A stretch of DNA of 64,000 nucleotides from Nitrososphaerota archaeon. GTDB taxonomy: Archaea; Thermoproteota; Nitrososphaeria; Nitrososphaerales; Nitrosopumilaceae. Under the pieces are notes generated by a model. The model made no database searches and was not told the DNA's origin. It worked only from the letters and a program-made list of their open reading frames with translations. Below, in pieces: positions 38,993 to 49,410 of the stretch. The stretch spans positions 548,727 to 612,726 of the forward strand of contig JAGWFT010000001.1 of NCBI GenBank assembly GCA_028867755.1. The letters run 5' to 3'. The position numbers and the translations under genes are program-made. How positions within the stretch are numbered: position 1 is the stretch's first letter; the number at the start of each line of letters is the position of its first letter.

Positions 38993-39769
38993 ATGCAGTT
39001 ACTCGTAGCGTATCAATTAGATCCAGCTGGTTACAATATGGCATCTTACATTATGCAAGACATGAAAACCCAGGGAGATATTTATCATGGAAAAAATTTT
39101 GATCTCGTTGTGATTTCTACACCATCGATCTCTGCTGATTGGATCGAAGAAAAATATCAGTATGACAGTTATGTATTTTTGTCAAAACATGCATCTGAAA
39201 GTGGTGATCTTGCACTTACTTGTCATAGTACTGGAAATTTTTCTGAAGCACAATTTGGTGGATTTTCTAGACAGATAGCTGTACCACATCCGCATCTTCA
39301 AAAATCATACATGAAACATTTATGGACGAAAAGAAGCGATTTCTCAAAATTTGAGATTACTATTGAGGCTACTCATCATGGGCCTACTGCTTTAACTAAG
39401 CCAACACTATTCATTGAAATTGGAACAACGCAAAAGGAATGGGATGACAAGAAACTCTGTGAAAATGTGGCTAAAATAGTAGTAGAAGAGATCTGCAAAG
39501 AGCCAGAAAAGCACAAAGTTGCAATATGCTTCGGAGGAACCCATTATCCAAAGAAATTCACAAAGGAATTGATCGAAGGAGAGTTTGCTCTTGGCACTGT
39601 TGTACCAAAACATGCATTAGATCATTTAGACAACATTCTTTTTTCACATATGTTAGACAGAAACAAAGAAGCCAAGTATGCTCTAGTTGATTGGAGCAGT
39701 CTTGGCAAAAACAAACAAAAGGTAGTTACTCTTATACAAAATACCGATTTAGAGATGATAAAAGTTTGA
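38993..39769 (+). CDS. dtdA: D-aminoacyl-tRNA deacylase (archaeal DTD2)
   Basis: FLSKHASE, LTCH..GN, EATHHGPT, FIEIG, FGGTHY. Confidence 0.92.
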   Translation: MQLLVAYQLDPAGYNMASYIMQDMKTQGDIYHGKNFDLVVISTPSISADWIEEKYQYDSYVFLSKHASESGDLALTCHSTGNFSEAQFGGFSRQIAVPHPHLQKSYMKHLWTKRSDFSKFEITIEATHHGPTALTKPTLFIEIGTTQKEWDDKKLCENVAKIVVEEICKEPEKHKVAICFGGTHYPKKFTKELIEGEFALGTVVPKHALDHLDNILFSHMLDRNKEAKYALVDWSSLGKNKQKVVTLIQNTDLEMIKV

Positions 39770-40062
39770 ATCTAGAAGAAAAGGTCTACAAAAAATTAAT
39801 GGAAGTTCCAAAAGGCCATGTTACAACATATGGTGATCTAGCAAAAGCAGTTGGACTAAAAAATGGTCAGAGAGTAATAGGGAGAATCATGAACAAAAAT
39901 CCTTACCCAGTCATAGTTCCATGTCATCGTGTTATCATGTCAAGCGGCAAAATAGGTGGGTATGCGTGGGGTGAAAAAATCAAGACTAACATGCTTACAA
40001 AAGAGGGAATAAGAATTAAAGATGGTAAAATATCTGATCCTAAAATAATTCACAGATTTTGA
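39766..40062 (+). CDS. MGMT family methylated-DNA repair protein
   Basis: VPKGHVTTYGDLA, VPCHRV active site. Likely TTG start at 39766 overlapping the dtdA stop (track starts at 39691). Confidence 0.9.
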   Translation: MNLEEKVYKKLMEVPKGHVTTYGDLAKAVGLKNGQRVIGRIMNKNPYPVIVPCHRVIMSSGKIGGYAWGEKIKTNMLTKEGIRIKDGKISDPKIIHRF

Positions 40063-40064
40063 TC

Positions 40065-40514
40065 TTATTTCTTGGAACGGACTTCTTCTATCAAGCTTCT
40101 AAGATGAGCAAGATTTCTTACTTGATTTCCGCTCACTTGTTTGTACAAGTTCCAGTATGATTCATTTGTTATTTCTTTTCTCCCCTTGGATACGTGTAGT
40201 TGATGACGCATTGCTCTTATTCTCTTTACATAGACTTCCTTCTTTCCAACTCGTGCTCCTTTTGCACCTTTCCTAGATCCATGTTTGGTACTACGCTTGC
40301 TTCGCTGTCTTTTTTTAAAGTGGGCTCTTCCTTTGGAAGTGCCCTTGATTGATTTTATCTCTATCACATTTGCAGTAATCAAACTTCGTATGTTATCACG
40401 GGTAATGGCATCTGCAACATCATCAAGATGAGCTGGATCAAACTTTACTCTATCAACGCCCACTCCAAGGATTCTGGAGACAAGCTGTCTCTTTGTCCTA
40501 AGATTTACTACCAC
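40065..40514 (-). CDS. rpl19e: 50S ribosomal protein L19e
   Basis: LRTKRQLVSRILGVG..RV, ITRDNIRSLI, GSRKGAKGAR. Confidence 0.95.
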   Translation of the reverse strand: MVVNLRTKRQLVSRILGVGVDRVKFDPAHLDDVADAITRDNIRSLITANVIEIKSIKGTSKGRAHFKKRQRSKRSTKHGSRKGAKGARVGKKEVYVKRIRAMRHQLHVSKGRKEITNESYWNLYKQVSGNQVRNLAHLRSLIEEVRSKK

Positions 40515-40899
40515 TTGTTGACACTCTCGCGTTGAAAACCCTGAAGTTCATTTCTTTTGCCTTGGCAATGATCTCAAGTCTCTTCTTCTTTCCTACACTA
40601 TGACCAAACCTAACGCCATCAGTTTTAGGATTAAGTTTTGCCAAGTCTTTCAAGTTGTAAACTAGATTATCGGTATAGCCAGATGGATGAAGTCCTCTTG
40701 CAATCTTAGGTCCGCCATATCCTACTTTCACAAGGGATGGCCAGCCTTTCTTTTGTTTTCTTTGATGATTATCCATTCCTTTTGGTTTTCTCCATGAAAC
40801 AGCAAGTCTGGCATATCGCCAACTTTCCTGTCTAACAAAGCTAGGCTTGTTCTGTAATACTTTTTTCCTAAGTTCTAAAGCTTCTTTGTTGATGGGCAT
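40498..40899 (-). CDS. rpl32e: 50S ribosomal protein L32e
   Basis: FVRQESWRY, WRKPKGMD, VGYG. Confidence 0.95.
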   Translation of the reverse strand: MPINKEALELRKKVLQNKPSFVRQESWRYARLAVSWRKPKGMDNHQRKQKKGWPSLVKVGYGGPKIARGLHPSGYTDNLVYNLKDLAKLNPKTDGVRFGHSVGKKKRLEIIAKAKEMNFRVFNARVSTSGSKS

Positions 40900-41000
40900 G
40901 TAAAGATCACTGCCTAAATTTTACAATAAATACGTTTCTTGATAAAGGCACACGTGATCCGAAGAGATAATAAGGAAATTCCAACGAGTCGGTTTACCCA

Positions 41001-42605
41001 ATGATTGAGGATTTGGAGCCAGCCAGTACACGTCTACTCGTATCTCAGTTGGAACAAATTGGTATCAAACCGGGAACGATACACAGAAACTTACAAGTCA
41101 AAAATCTGACAGATCTCATAATTGGAAAAAATGAGGGGCTTTTGACTGCAAATAATGCAATATCTGTTAAAACTGGTAAATATACAGGACGATCTCCAGA
41201 TGATAGATTTATCGTAGATAATGAACAAACTCATGATACCGTAGACTGGGGAAAGATAAATCATCCATTTCCAGAAGATAAATTCGACAAACTCTTTGAG
41301 AAGATGAAAAGACATCTAGAAGCCAAGGAGATATTTGTTTTTGATGGATTTGTTGGGGCAGATCCTGAACACAGATTGTCGATTAGAATTATCACCGATC
41401 ATGCTTGGCAAAATTTGTTTGTAAGACAGTTATTCATAAGGCCATCCTCATCAGAACTTGAGTCTCATAAACCAGAATATACACTTCTTGCAATAAATGA
41501 TTTCAAAGCCATTCCTGAAGATGATGGTACTAGAACAGACGTCTTCATCATACTCAACTATACAAAAAAAGTTGTTCTTATTGGTGGTACTTCTTATGCA
41601 GGAGAGATAAAGAAAGCAATGTTTTCTGTGATGAATTATTCTCTCCCGTCAAAAGGAGTCTTTCCAATGCACTGTTCTGCTAATATAGGAAAGAACGGTG
41701 ATACTTCTCTATTCTTTGGACTTTCTGGTACTGGAAAGACAACGTTGTCTGCTGATTCCAATAGGATGTTAATAGGAGACGATGAACATGGATGGGCTGA
41801 TAGAGGTGTATTTAATTTTGAAGGTGGTTGTTATGCCAAATGCATTAATCTCAATAGAGAAGCTGAACCACAAATCTGGGATGCGATAAGGTCTGGAACT
41901 GTATTAGAAAATGTAATAGTCGATAATAAAACTATGATGCCTAACTTCAATGATGGAAGTTTGACAGAAAATACCCGAGCTGCATATCCTCTTGACTATA
42001 TTCCAGGTGCAGTAATTCCAAGCTTGGGAGGTAACCCAAACGTCATAATTTTTCTTACAGCTGATGCATTTGGGGTAATGCCTCCAATTGCAAGATTGAC
42101 AAAAGAAGGAGCTATGTATCATTTTATGTCAGGTTATACAAGTAAACTTGCTGGTACAGAAAGAGGAATAACAGAACCCAAGGCCACATTTTCAGAATGT
42201 TTTGGTGCACCATTCATGTCAAGACATGCATCTGTTTATGCAAAACTTCTAGGAGAGAAGATTACTAAACACAATACTGTCGTGTACCTTGTCAATACGG
42301 GATGGTCGGGTGGCCCATATGGTATAGGAAAGAGAATGAATATCAGTCATACAAGAAGAATGGTCACTGCTGCGCTTACAGGAGAACTTGATACTGTAAA
42401 GTACAGGCATGATGATATCTTCAACCTAGATGTACCTGCTGAATGCCCAGGAGTCCCATCTGAGGTATTAAATCCTCGTAACACTTGGTCTGAGAAGGAT
42501 GCATACGATAATTCTGCAAGGAAACTTGCTCAAATGTTTGTAGAAAACTTTAGAAAATTTGGCAATGTTTCAAAGGATATAGTGGATGCTGGACCAAAAA
42601 TCTAG
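41001..42605 (+). CDS. pckA: Phosphoenolpyruvate carboxykinase (ATP)
   Basis: TGRSP.D, YAGEIKK, GLSGTGKTTLS, IGDDEHGW, ENTRAAYP. Confidence 0.96.
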   Translation: MIEDLEPASTRLLVSQLEQIGIKPGTIHRNLQVKNLTDLIIGKNEGLLTANNAISVKTGKYTGRSPDDRFIVDNEQTHDTVDWGKINHPFPEDKFDKLFEKMKRHLEAKEIFVFDGFVGADPEHRLSIRIITDHAWQNLFVRQLFIRPSSSELESHKPEYTLLAINDFKAIPEDDGTRTDVFIILNYTKKVVLIGGTSYAGEIKKAMFSVMNYSLPSKGVFPMHCSANIGKNGDTSLFFGLSGTGKTTLSADSNRMLIGDDEHGWADRGVFNFEGGCYAKCINLNREAEPQIWDAIRSGTVLENVIVDNKTMMPNFNDGSLTENTRAAYPLDYIPGAVIPSLGGNPNVIIFLTADAFGVMPPIARLTKEGAMYHFMSGYTSKLAGTERGITEPKATFSECFGAPFMSRHASVYAKLLGEKITKHNTVVYLVNTGWSGGPYGIGKRMNISHTRRMVTAALTGELDTVKYRHDDIFNLDVPAECPGVPSEVLNPRNTWSEKDAYDNSARKLAQMFVENFRKFGNVSKDIVDAGPKI

Positions 42606-44647
42606 TTTTGTTTACGCCTAACGGTCAAGCCTACTGTCACAGTTATCAGCATAATTCCTGAAATTATTGCCACTTGTTTTGTCGGAATTCCTATGATATC
42701 CTGAAGATTGAAGATATTTTTTTGAGCAACTTGGCTGACAAGTACCTCTTGATACGCTTCCTCTGTTTCGTTTGAGTCTTTTATCTGTGCCAAGAGCCAA
42801 TATTGGCCTTTTTCATAAACAGGAATAGAACCTGTTTCTTGAGGAGTAACAGAGGAACTAACGACCTTACCTGTATCCGAGTTTATCAAAGAAATTTTTG
42901 CATAAGACCATTTGTCAGGATAATCAATTGAAAAGTAAAGAGTACCATTGCTCTGGTCTACTAGAAGAGTTCCCTTTGTCACATGAATTACAACGGGTAT
43001 GCGGTAACTTGTTGTGTTATCTTTTAAAATGAGAAATCCATCACTATCTCCCTCGTTTTTAACTGTGTCTGAAATCTTGATATTCAATGTATCATTAGAT
43101 TGAGAATAATCAAAACCTATGCTGGTTTCATTTGATGAGAAACTTGCTCTCAACTGAGGAATCATAGAACTATCAAGTGTCCTCAAATGTAGTGTCTTTG
43201 TCTTGGATTGATTATCAAAAGATAGATTGAAAACTAGACTATGTGGTGACATTATCAAATTTGATTCTAATGCTCTAGTGATGTTTAGTCTTCCACCCCC
43301 AACAGCAGAAATAGGAAAAAGTTTACCATATGCATCAGTGACTGGGTCTGTTGTAGTGACAAGAAGTGACGCTACATCTGGAGGAGACAATCCTGGATAT
43401 TTTTGTAAAATAACTGCAGCAGCTCCTGCAACATGGGGGGCTGCAAAGCTTGTTCCGCTTGTAAGATTGTACTTTCCTCCAATAGTTGTAGAGTTTACAA
43501 ATACTCCAGGCGCAACAAGATCTGGCTTTATGTAGAAAGGAGATACTGGTCCTTGAGAACTAAAAGGTGCAATGAAATCCGGATGATAAAACATATTCAA
43601 ACTTCCTGTTGTGTCAGAAGTTAGCATAGACTTGAGTGCAAGTCCATCCTCTTTTGACATTGAAATAACTGGTATTCTTGGTATGTAGCCTGCAGTTTTG
43701 TTCGGTCCCACAAGCTCTCCAAAAAATATTCCTGTATCATTGTTAAACACAACAAGTGCTCTTGCACCAAGATCTGCAGCATTTTTTTCTTTTTCAGCAA
43801 AATAGACTTTCTGTCCTTTTGTGTCGCTGCCTCTTTCTTCAAGAAGTATGGCTCCCCTAGCATCTAATTTTTGAAGATCTTGTAGCCTTCCATATCCTCC
43901 ATAAACTACCTTACCTTCTATAGGACTTGGCAAGTTTTGGACTCCTACCATTGGAATAACCTGATATTGTTTTTTATCGACTTCAAAAGTTGCCACTAAA
44001 CTAGACGTCAAGTTATTGTATGACGCACCGACAGTAATTGCGTTGATATCTATTCCTGGGCTTCCAATGGTATCCTCCTGTGGACCATTATTTCCAGCAG
44101 CCACAACTATGACGATTCCTTTCTTTACAGCCTCATCAATTGCATTGTCAATCTGATCATTTGTCTTGTTAATTCCTAAACTAATGTTTACAACATTAAC
44201 CCTATCTGATATTGCCTGTTGGATGGCTTTTACTATGTAATCTGACGAGACTGCTTCTCCTGTTGATGATACCTTGTATGAAAACAATTTTGACTTGGGT
44301 GCTATTCCGGTAAAATTACCATCAGCAGCAATAATCCCTGCCACTTCGGTACCATGACCATTAATATCTAGGGGATTCTCGCTTGGATTAACATAATCGT
44401 ATCCTCCAATCACCTTTCCGGACTGACCATAGCCCAAAAGGTTGGGATGATTGTAATCTATTCCAGTATCTATTACTCCGATCTTAATTCCTTGACCTTC
44501 AAGGCCTTTCATTTGGGCAGCTTTGGCACCGACAAGCTCTATGCTCTTTTGTAGATTGTTTGAAATTTCTTGTTCGTTTGATCCTGATAAAAATAAACAT
44601 ATGCAGAAAATAATAAAAAGTGAAAAAATTAGTAGTCGATCAATCAC
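42602..44647 (-). CDS. S8 subtilisin-like peptidase with PA domain and C-terminal TM anchor
   Basis: Catalytic triad motifs VIDTGID, HGTEVAG, SGTSFAAPHV; PA insert; hydrophobic C-terminus. Confidence 0.93.
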   Translation of the reverse strand: MIDRLLIFSLFIIFCICLFLSGSNEQEISNNLQKSIELVGAKAAQMKGLEGQGIKIGVIDTGIDYNHPNLLGYGQSGKVIGGYDYVNPSENPLDINGHGTEVAGIIAADGNFTGIAPKSKLFSYKVSSTGEAVSSDYIVKAIQQAISDRVNVVNISLGINKTNDQIDNAIDEAVKKGIVIVVAAGNNGPQEDTIGSPGIDINAITVGASYNNLTSSLVATFEVDKKQYQVIPMVGVQNLPSPIEGKVVYGGYGRLQDLQKLDARGAILLEERGSDTKGQKVYFAEKEKNAADLGARALVVFNNDTGIFFGELVGPNKTAGYIPRIPVISMSKEDGLALKSMLTSDTTGSLNMFYHPDFIAPFSSQGPVSPFYIKPDLVAPGVFVNSTTIGGKYNLTSGTSFAAPHVAGAAAVILQKYPGLSPPDVASLLVTTTDPVTDAYGKLFPISAVGGGRLNITRALESNLIMSPHSLVFNLSFDNQSKTKTLHLRTLDSSMIPQLRASFSSNETSIGFDYSQSNDTLNIKISDTVKNEGDSDGFLILKDNTTSYRIPVVIHVTKGTLLVDQSNGTLYFSIDYPDKWSYAKISLINSDTGKVVSSSVTPQETGSIPVYEKGQYWLLAQIKDSNETEEAYQEVLVSQVAQKNIFNLQDIIGIPTKQVAIISGIMLITVTVGLTVRRKQN

Positions 44648-44723
44648 AGATTATCTGAAAATTGACTAGATAAAATGCATTTGCAACCAAAGCCATAAAT
44701 GGCAAGAACTGTGTGGGGGTACT

Positions 44724-45347
44724 ATGGCAAAATATGAACTTCCAAAGTTACCATACGCATACGATGCATTGGAGCCACACATTGATGCTAAAACAATGGA
44801 AATCCATCATTCAAAACACCATCAAGCATATACTGACGGCTTGAACAAAGCTTTGGAAACTCTGAGTTCTGATCTACAAAACATGGAGTTAACAAAGTTA
44901 CTTGCAAGCTTGGACAAAGTTCCAGAAAGCACAAGGGGTGCTGTGAATTTTCATGGAGGAGGATATGATAATCATTCATTGTTCTGGAATCACATGAAAT
45001 CAAATGGTGGTGGAACACCAGGTGGAGTCTTGGCTGATGCAATTAATGCAACATTTGGAAGCTTTGATAGCTTCAAAGAGAAATTCACAAAAGACACAAT
45101 TGCTATTCAAGGAAGTGGCTGGGGATGGCTGACATACAACCCACAAAATAAGAAAGTTGAATTCACTACAATGCCAAATCAGACTAGTCCTAGAACTAAG
45201 GGTTTAGTTCCCTTGTTAGGGCTGGATGTATGGGAACACGCATACTACCTAAAGTATCAAAATCGCAGAGCCGATTACGTTGGTGCATGGTGGAATGTCG
45301 TAAATTGGGATGAAGTAGACAACAGACTATCCAAGGCAAAAGCATAA
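44724..45347 (+). CDS. sod: Fe/Mn superoxide dismutase
   Basis: [26 protein letters not shown]. Confidence 0.97.
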   Translation: MAKYELPKLPYAYDALEPHIDAKTMEIHHSKHHQAYTDGLNKALETLSSDLQNMELTKLLASLDKVPESTRGAVNFHGGGYDNHSLFWNHMKSNGGGTPGGVLADAINATFGSFDSFKEKFTKDTIAIQGSGWGWLTYNPQNKKVEFTTMPNQTSPRTKGLVPLLGLDVWEHAYYLKYQNRRADYVGAWWNVVNWDEVDNRLSKAKA

Positions 45348-45372
45348 CCCTTTTCCTTTTTGTTTCTATTGT
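45348..45372 (+). terminator. Oligo-T archaeal terminator after sod
   Basis: CCCTTTTCCTTTTTGTTTCTATTG immediately follows the stop codon. Confidence 0.5.
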
Positions 45373-45517
45373 ATTGTTTTAAGTTGTTAGACGGTTATTG
45401 CTCTTGTGATGTTATAACAATTGATAAAACAAGAACATCTAAAATTAGAAAATTGTTTTTAATTTACTTGCAAAAAGTGTTTTTCAGAATGCATTTATAG
45501 GTGGCTAAGAGAATTTT

Positions 45518-45946
45518 TTGCAAATGAGTGAAGAGCAGGCTCAGGCTCTATTGCAACAATTACAAGCGCTTGAGGGATATTTGGCAGATTTAGTGCAACG
45601 AGAAGAGTCCGTAATGAGACTTTTACAAGAAGCAACAGGAGCTATTGAATCTATGAAAGCAATGAGTGGAGATGCAACACATGAAACTCTTGTACCTGTA
45701 GGTCTGGGGACTTATGTAAAAGCAAAGATTGAACCAAACCAAAAAATGATCATCAATATTGGTGCTGGAGCTTCAATTGAACAAGACAAGGATTCTGCAA
45801 TTAACTATATGGAATCTAGAATCAAAGAATTGGAGATTGTACTACAACAATTGGCGGCTCAGAGGCAAGAAGTATCATTTAGACTTGAACAAGGTCAACA
45901 GGAAATGAACAAACTTATACAATCAAGTCGCGGTTCTACGCAGTAA
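45518..45946 (+). CDS. pfdA: Prefoldin subunit alpha
   Basis: Coiled coils flanking ETLVPVGLGTYVKA...INIGAG..IE. Confidence 0.93.
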   Translation: MQMSEEQAQALLQQLQALEGYLADLVQREESVMRLLQEATGAIESMKAMSGDATHETLVPVGLGTYVKAKIEPNQKMIINIGAGASIEQDKDSAINYMESRIKELEIVLQQLAAQRQEVSFRLEQGQQEMNKLIQSSRGSTQ

Positions 45947-45957
45947 GGAAATTCATC

Positions 45958-47331
45958 ATGTTTGATAAACTACGAAGTGCGTTTTCTTCAGCAGTAAAAA
46001 GCTTTGGAGAAAAAGAACTTAAAGAAAAAGATATAGACGAAGTTTTGTTCCAACTTGAGGTATCTTTACTAGAATCTGACGTAGCAACAGAAGTAATTGA
46101 TCTATTAAAGTCTGATCTGAAAAAACAATTAATTGGTACTACAATACAAAAGGACACCATAGATGAATTTGTAAAAACAAGCCTACGACAAAGTGTTTCA
46201 AACATGTTTGATTCTGCAGGTAAAATTGACATCTTATCTGGCATACAAAAAAAGAAGGAAAAGGGAGACCCATACATTATTTCATTTATGGGCATTAACG
46301 GAACAGGAAAAACTACTACTATTGCAAAATTTGCCAATCTTTTACGTGAAAATAAATTTTCATCTGTAATTGCAGCTGCAGATACATACAGAGCAGGAGC
46401 AATTGAACAGATAAGCGAACATGGCAAGCGACTAAACATCAAAGTTATAGCACAGAATTATGGTTCTGATCCTGCCGCTGTTTCACGTGACGCTGTATTA
46501 TATGCCAAGTCTCACAAGGTAGATTGCGTGCTAATTGATACGGCAGGAAGAATGCAGACAAGCAAGAACCTCATGGATCAGATATCGAAAATCAACAAAG
46601 TGGTAAATCCTGATCTAAAGTTATTTGTTGGTGATTCACTGGCAGGAAATGATACAGTTAGCCAAGCCCGAGAATTTCATAATTACACTAAATTTGATGG
46701 TGCGATTCTTACCAAAAGCGATGCAGATGCACGTGGAGGTGCTGCTATCTCAATAGTCAAGGTGACATCAAGCCCAATTCTCTATCTGGGTATGGGCCAA
46801 GAATACAAAGACCTGAAAGTATTTGACAAAGACTCATTTCTGGATTCCTTATTTGGGCCGCAGGAATCTATACATGAGATATCAACTCCACCAAAAGAAA
46901 AACCTCAACAACAACCCAAACAAAAGGAAATTGTTATTGAAGAAGAGAAAAAAGTAGAAAAACAACTCGAACCAGAACCAAAGATAGAACCAAAGTTAGA
47001 ACCAAAGTTAGAACCAAAGATCAAACAAGAAATAAAAACAAAACCTGTAAGCAAAGACCAGGATAAAGATGAGGATCCTTTTAATGGGATAGAAACAAAA
47101 GATATTGAAAAATATTCAGATTTGTTTGATGTTCCCCCGCCTACTAGTGATAGTGAGGCACGAAATCTTGCAGCAAAAATAAGACGATGGATTTCTGATG
47201 GCAGACCAAAACCTACAAAAGAAGAAGAAAAAGATGTTATTGATGAGGAAATTAGTGAAAACAAAGATGAAATATCTGAAGAGGAAAAACCAAAAAAGAA
47301 ACGTTCTATGTTTGGATGGATGAAGAAATGA
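45958..47331 (+). CDS. ftsY: SRP receptor FtsY with C-terminal charged extension
   Basis: GINGTGKTTT, DTYRAGA, DTAGR, TKSD NG-domain motifs; about 150 aa Glu/Lys/Pro-rich tail. Confidence 0.95.
   Translation: MFDKLRSAFSSAVKSFGEKELKEKDIDEVLFQLEVSLLESDVATEVIDLLKSDLKKQLIGTTIQKDTIDEFVKTSLRQSVSNMFDSAGKIDILSGIQKKKEKGDPYIISFMGINGTGKTTTIAKFANLLRENKFSSVIAAADTYRAGAIEQISEHGKRLNIKVIAQNYGSDPAAVSRDAVLYAKSHKVDCVLIDTAGRMQTSKNLMDQISKINKVVNPDLKLFVGDSLAGNDTVSQAREFHNYTKFDGAILTKSDADARGGAAISIVKVTSSPILYLGMGQEYKDLKVFDKDSFLDSLFGPQESIHEISTPPKEKPQQQPKQKEIVIEEEKKVEKQLEPEPKIEPKLEPKLEPKIKQEIKTKPVSKDQDKDEDPFNGIETKDIEKYSDLFDVPPPTSDSEARNLAAKIRRWISDGRPKPTKEEEKDVIDEEISENKDEISEEEKPKKKRSMFGWMKK
46975..47022 (+). repeat. 12-nt tandem repeat x4 (EPK[I/L]) within ftsY
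   Basis: GAACCAAAGATA GAACCAAAGTTA GAACCAAAGTTA GAACCAAAGATC. Confidence 0.9.
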
Positions 47332-48242
47332 AACTAAAAACAAGGGACCTATTAACATTAAATGAACTTGGTAAATCAGAACTTAATGAAATCATAGACA
47401 ATGCAATAAAGATGAAGAAGGATCTAAAGAAAGGGATTTCAAAACCACTTCTTAAAAATAAAACGCTCGCAATGATATTTCAGAAACCATCTACAAGGAC
47501 AAGAATAAGCTTTGAAACTGGAATGTTTCAACTAGGTGGACACGCCTTAAATTTAGCTGCAGATGAATTACAATTGAAACGTGGAGAAACCATAGAAGAT
47601 ACCGCAAAGACACTTTCACGATATGTAGATTTGATAATGGCTAGGGTTTATTCTCATGACGAAGTAGAGTTACTTGCAAAAAATTCATCTATTCCTGTAA
47701 TAAATGGACTTTCAGATTCTTTTCATCCATGTCAAATATTGGCGGATCTCATGACAATAAAAGAAAAAAAGAAAAAATTCGCTGGTCTTAAACTGGCATG
47801 GGTAGGTGACGGTAATAACGTGTGCAACTCAATGATATATGGCTGTGCAAAAACTGGCATCAACATTAGTGTAGCAACTCCAAAGGGGTATGAGCCAAAT
47901 CAAGATGTTGTGAAAGAATCTAGCAAATTGACCGAAGTAAAATTATCCAATTACCCAGAAACTGCTGTGAATGGAGCAGATATCGTAGTCACAGACACTT
48001 TTGTTTCAATACATCATCAAACAACTGATAGGACAAAGGATTTTCTTCCACGTTTTCAAGTAAATTCATCTCTTATGAAAAAAGCTAATTCATCTGCAAT
48101 CTTTATGCATTGTTTGCCTGCCAAACGAGGCCAAGAAGTTACAAGTGACGTGATCGATGGACCACAATCAGTAATATGGGACGAAGCTGAAAATAGACTT
48201 CATGCTCAAAAGGCGCTTATGGCAGCATTGTTGAGAGTCTAA
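47316..48242 (+). CDS. argF: Ornithine carbamoyltransferase
   Basis: KPSTRTR, HPCQILAD, GDGNNV, HCLP; the real start may be ATG 47328. Confidence 0.95.
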   Translation: MDEEMKLKTRDLLTLNELGKSELNEIIDNAIKMKKDLKKGISKPLLKNKTLAMIFQKPSTRTRISFETGMFQLGGHALNLAADELQLKRGETIEDTAKTLSRYVDLIMARVYSHDEVELLAKNSSIPVINGLSDSFHPCQILADLMTIKEKKKKFAGLKLAWVGDGNNVCNSMIYGCAKTGINISVATPKGYEPNQDVVKESSKLTEVKLSNYPETAVNGADIVVTDTFVSIHHQTTDRTKDFLPRFQVNSSLMKKANSSAIFMHCLPAKRGQEVTSDVIDGPQSVIWDEAENRLHAQKALMAALLRV

Positions 48243-48286
48243 CGTTTATAAGAGCTTCACCAAAATTTTTTGTAAATAGGTAAGTA

Positions 48287-48778
48287 TTGATGGCATATTC
48301 ACAAATATTACGCAGATCTCGTGAAGAGAAAACCAACTATGGTAGGAGAAGAAATCTTCTCATGGGTAGACGAGACTTTATCACAGTTCAGATATCAAAC
48401 GAGAACACTCTTGTACAGATTCACAAACCCGAAATGTCAGGAGACAAAGTCCTCTCATCTGCTCATTCCAGGTCCCTTTTGAAAAAAGGCTGGAAAGGCT
48501 CAAGAAAGAGTGTGCCAGCAGCTTATCTGACAGGTTATCTTGCAGGAAAGAAAGCACTAGCTCACGGTGTCAATAGTGCTGTTCTTTATGTTGGTACTAG
48601 ACGATATACTCAACGAATATCTGCAGCATTGAAAGGAATAATAGATGCTGGACTAGAAGTACCTGCAGATGAAGAAACTTTTCCTTCTGCAGACAGAATT
48701 ACTGGTAAACATCTCAAAGTTGCAAATGAGATTGACAAGATAAAATCAGCAATAGATAATGAGGTAAAGACTAAATGA
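48287..48778 (+). CDS. rpl18: 50S ribosomal protein L18
   Basis: RRSREEKTNY, AAYLTGYL, GIIDAGL. Confidence 0.95.
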   Translation: MMAYSQILRRSREEKTNYGRRRNLLMGRRDFITVQISNENTLVQIHKPEMSGDKVLSSAHSRSLLKKGWKGSRKSVPAAYLTGYLAGKKALAHGVNSAVLYVGTRRYTQRISAALKGIIDAGLEVPADEETFPSADRITGKHLKVANEIDKIKSAIDNEVKTK

Positions 48779-49404
48779 GCAGATCAGAAACAAGACAAAG
48801 ATCTAGAGAACCAGAAGTGGAATGGGTACCAAGAACAACTTTAGGAAAATTAGTTGCAACAAGCAAAATTACAACCATGAAAGAAATCTATGAGAATGGT
48901 TATCGCATTCAAGAGGCGGGAATTATCAAGAAGTTATTACCTGGTATCAAGACAGAAGTTATTGATGTTGGCATAGTCCAAAAACAGACTACCAACGGAG
49001 AATATACCAGATTCAAGGCACTCGTAGCAGCAGGTGATGAAAATGGATGGCTTGGCATAGGTCAAGGAAAATCCAAACAAATGAGAATTGCTATAGAAAA
49101 AGCCACTAGTCAAGCTTATCTTAACGTAAGTCCAGTGAAACTGGGCTGTGGAAGTTGGGAGTGTAAATGTGATCAGAAACACTCTGTGCCTTTCAAGGTC
49201 AGGGGTAGAGGCGGAAGTGTAACAGTTGAAATCATCCCAGGGCCTAGAGGTCTGGGACTAGTTGCAGGCGGAAATATTAGAAACCTGTTAAAACTGGCAG
49301 GCCTCAAAGATGCATGGACAAAAAGCAAAGGCTCCACAAATACAATGACATCAACATCACGAGCAGTTTTGAATTGCTTGAGACAAACATTTAGTCAAGG
49401 TTGA
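48775..49404 (+). CDS. rps5: 30S ribosomal protein S5
   Basis: WVPRTTLG, GCGSWEC, PGPRGLGLVAG. Confidence 0.95.
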   Translation: MSRSETRQRSREPEVEWVPRTTLGKLVATSKITTMKEIYENGYRIQEAGIIKKLLPGIKTEVIDVGIVQKQTTNGEYTRFKALVAAGDENGWLGIGQGKSKQMRIAIEKATSQAYLNVSPVKLGCGSWECKCDQKHSVPFKVRGRGGSVTVEIIPGPRGLGLVAGGNIRNLLKLAGLKDAWTKSKGSTNTMTSTSRAVLNCLRQTFSQG

Positions 49405-49410
49405 ATGTAG

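Noticed and set aside
45410-45419. Perfect palindrome TGTTATAACA between sod and pfdA
   Set aside because: A 10 bp AT-rich palindrome is expected by chance; no second copy noticed.
45936-47358. Antisense ORFs over ftsY (45936..46442, 46905..47264, 47116..47358) and similar shadow ORFs across the track (e.g. 21853..22326, 6856..7290, 36424..36807, 53014..53406)
   Set aside because: They lie opposite or out of frame within well-supported genes, have Ser/Phe/Ile-biased shadow composition and no motifs.
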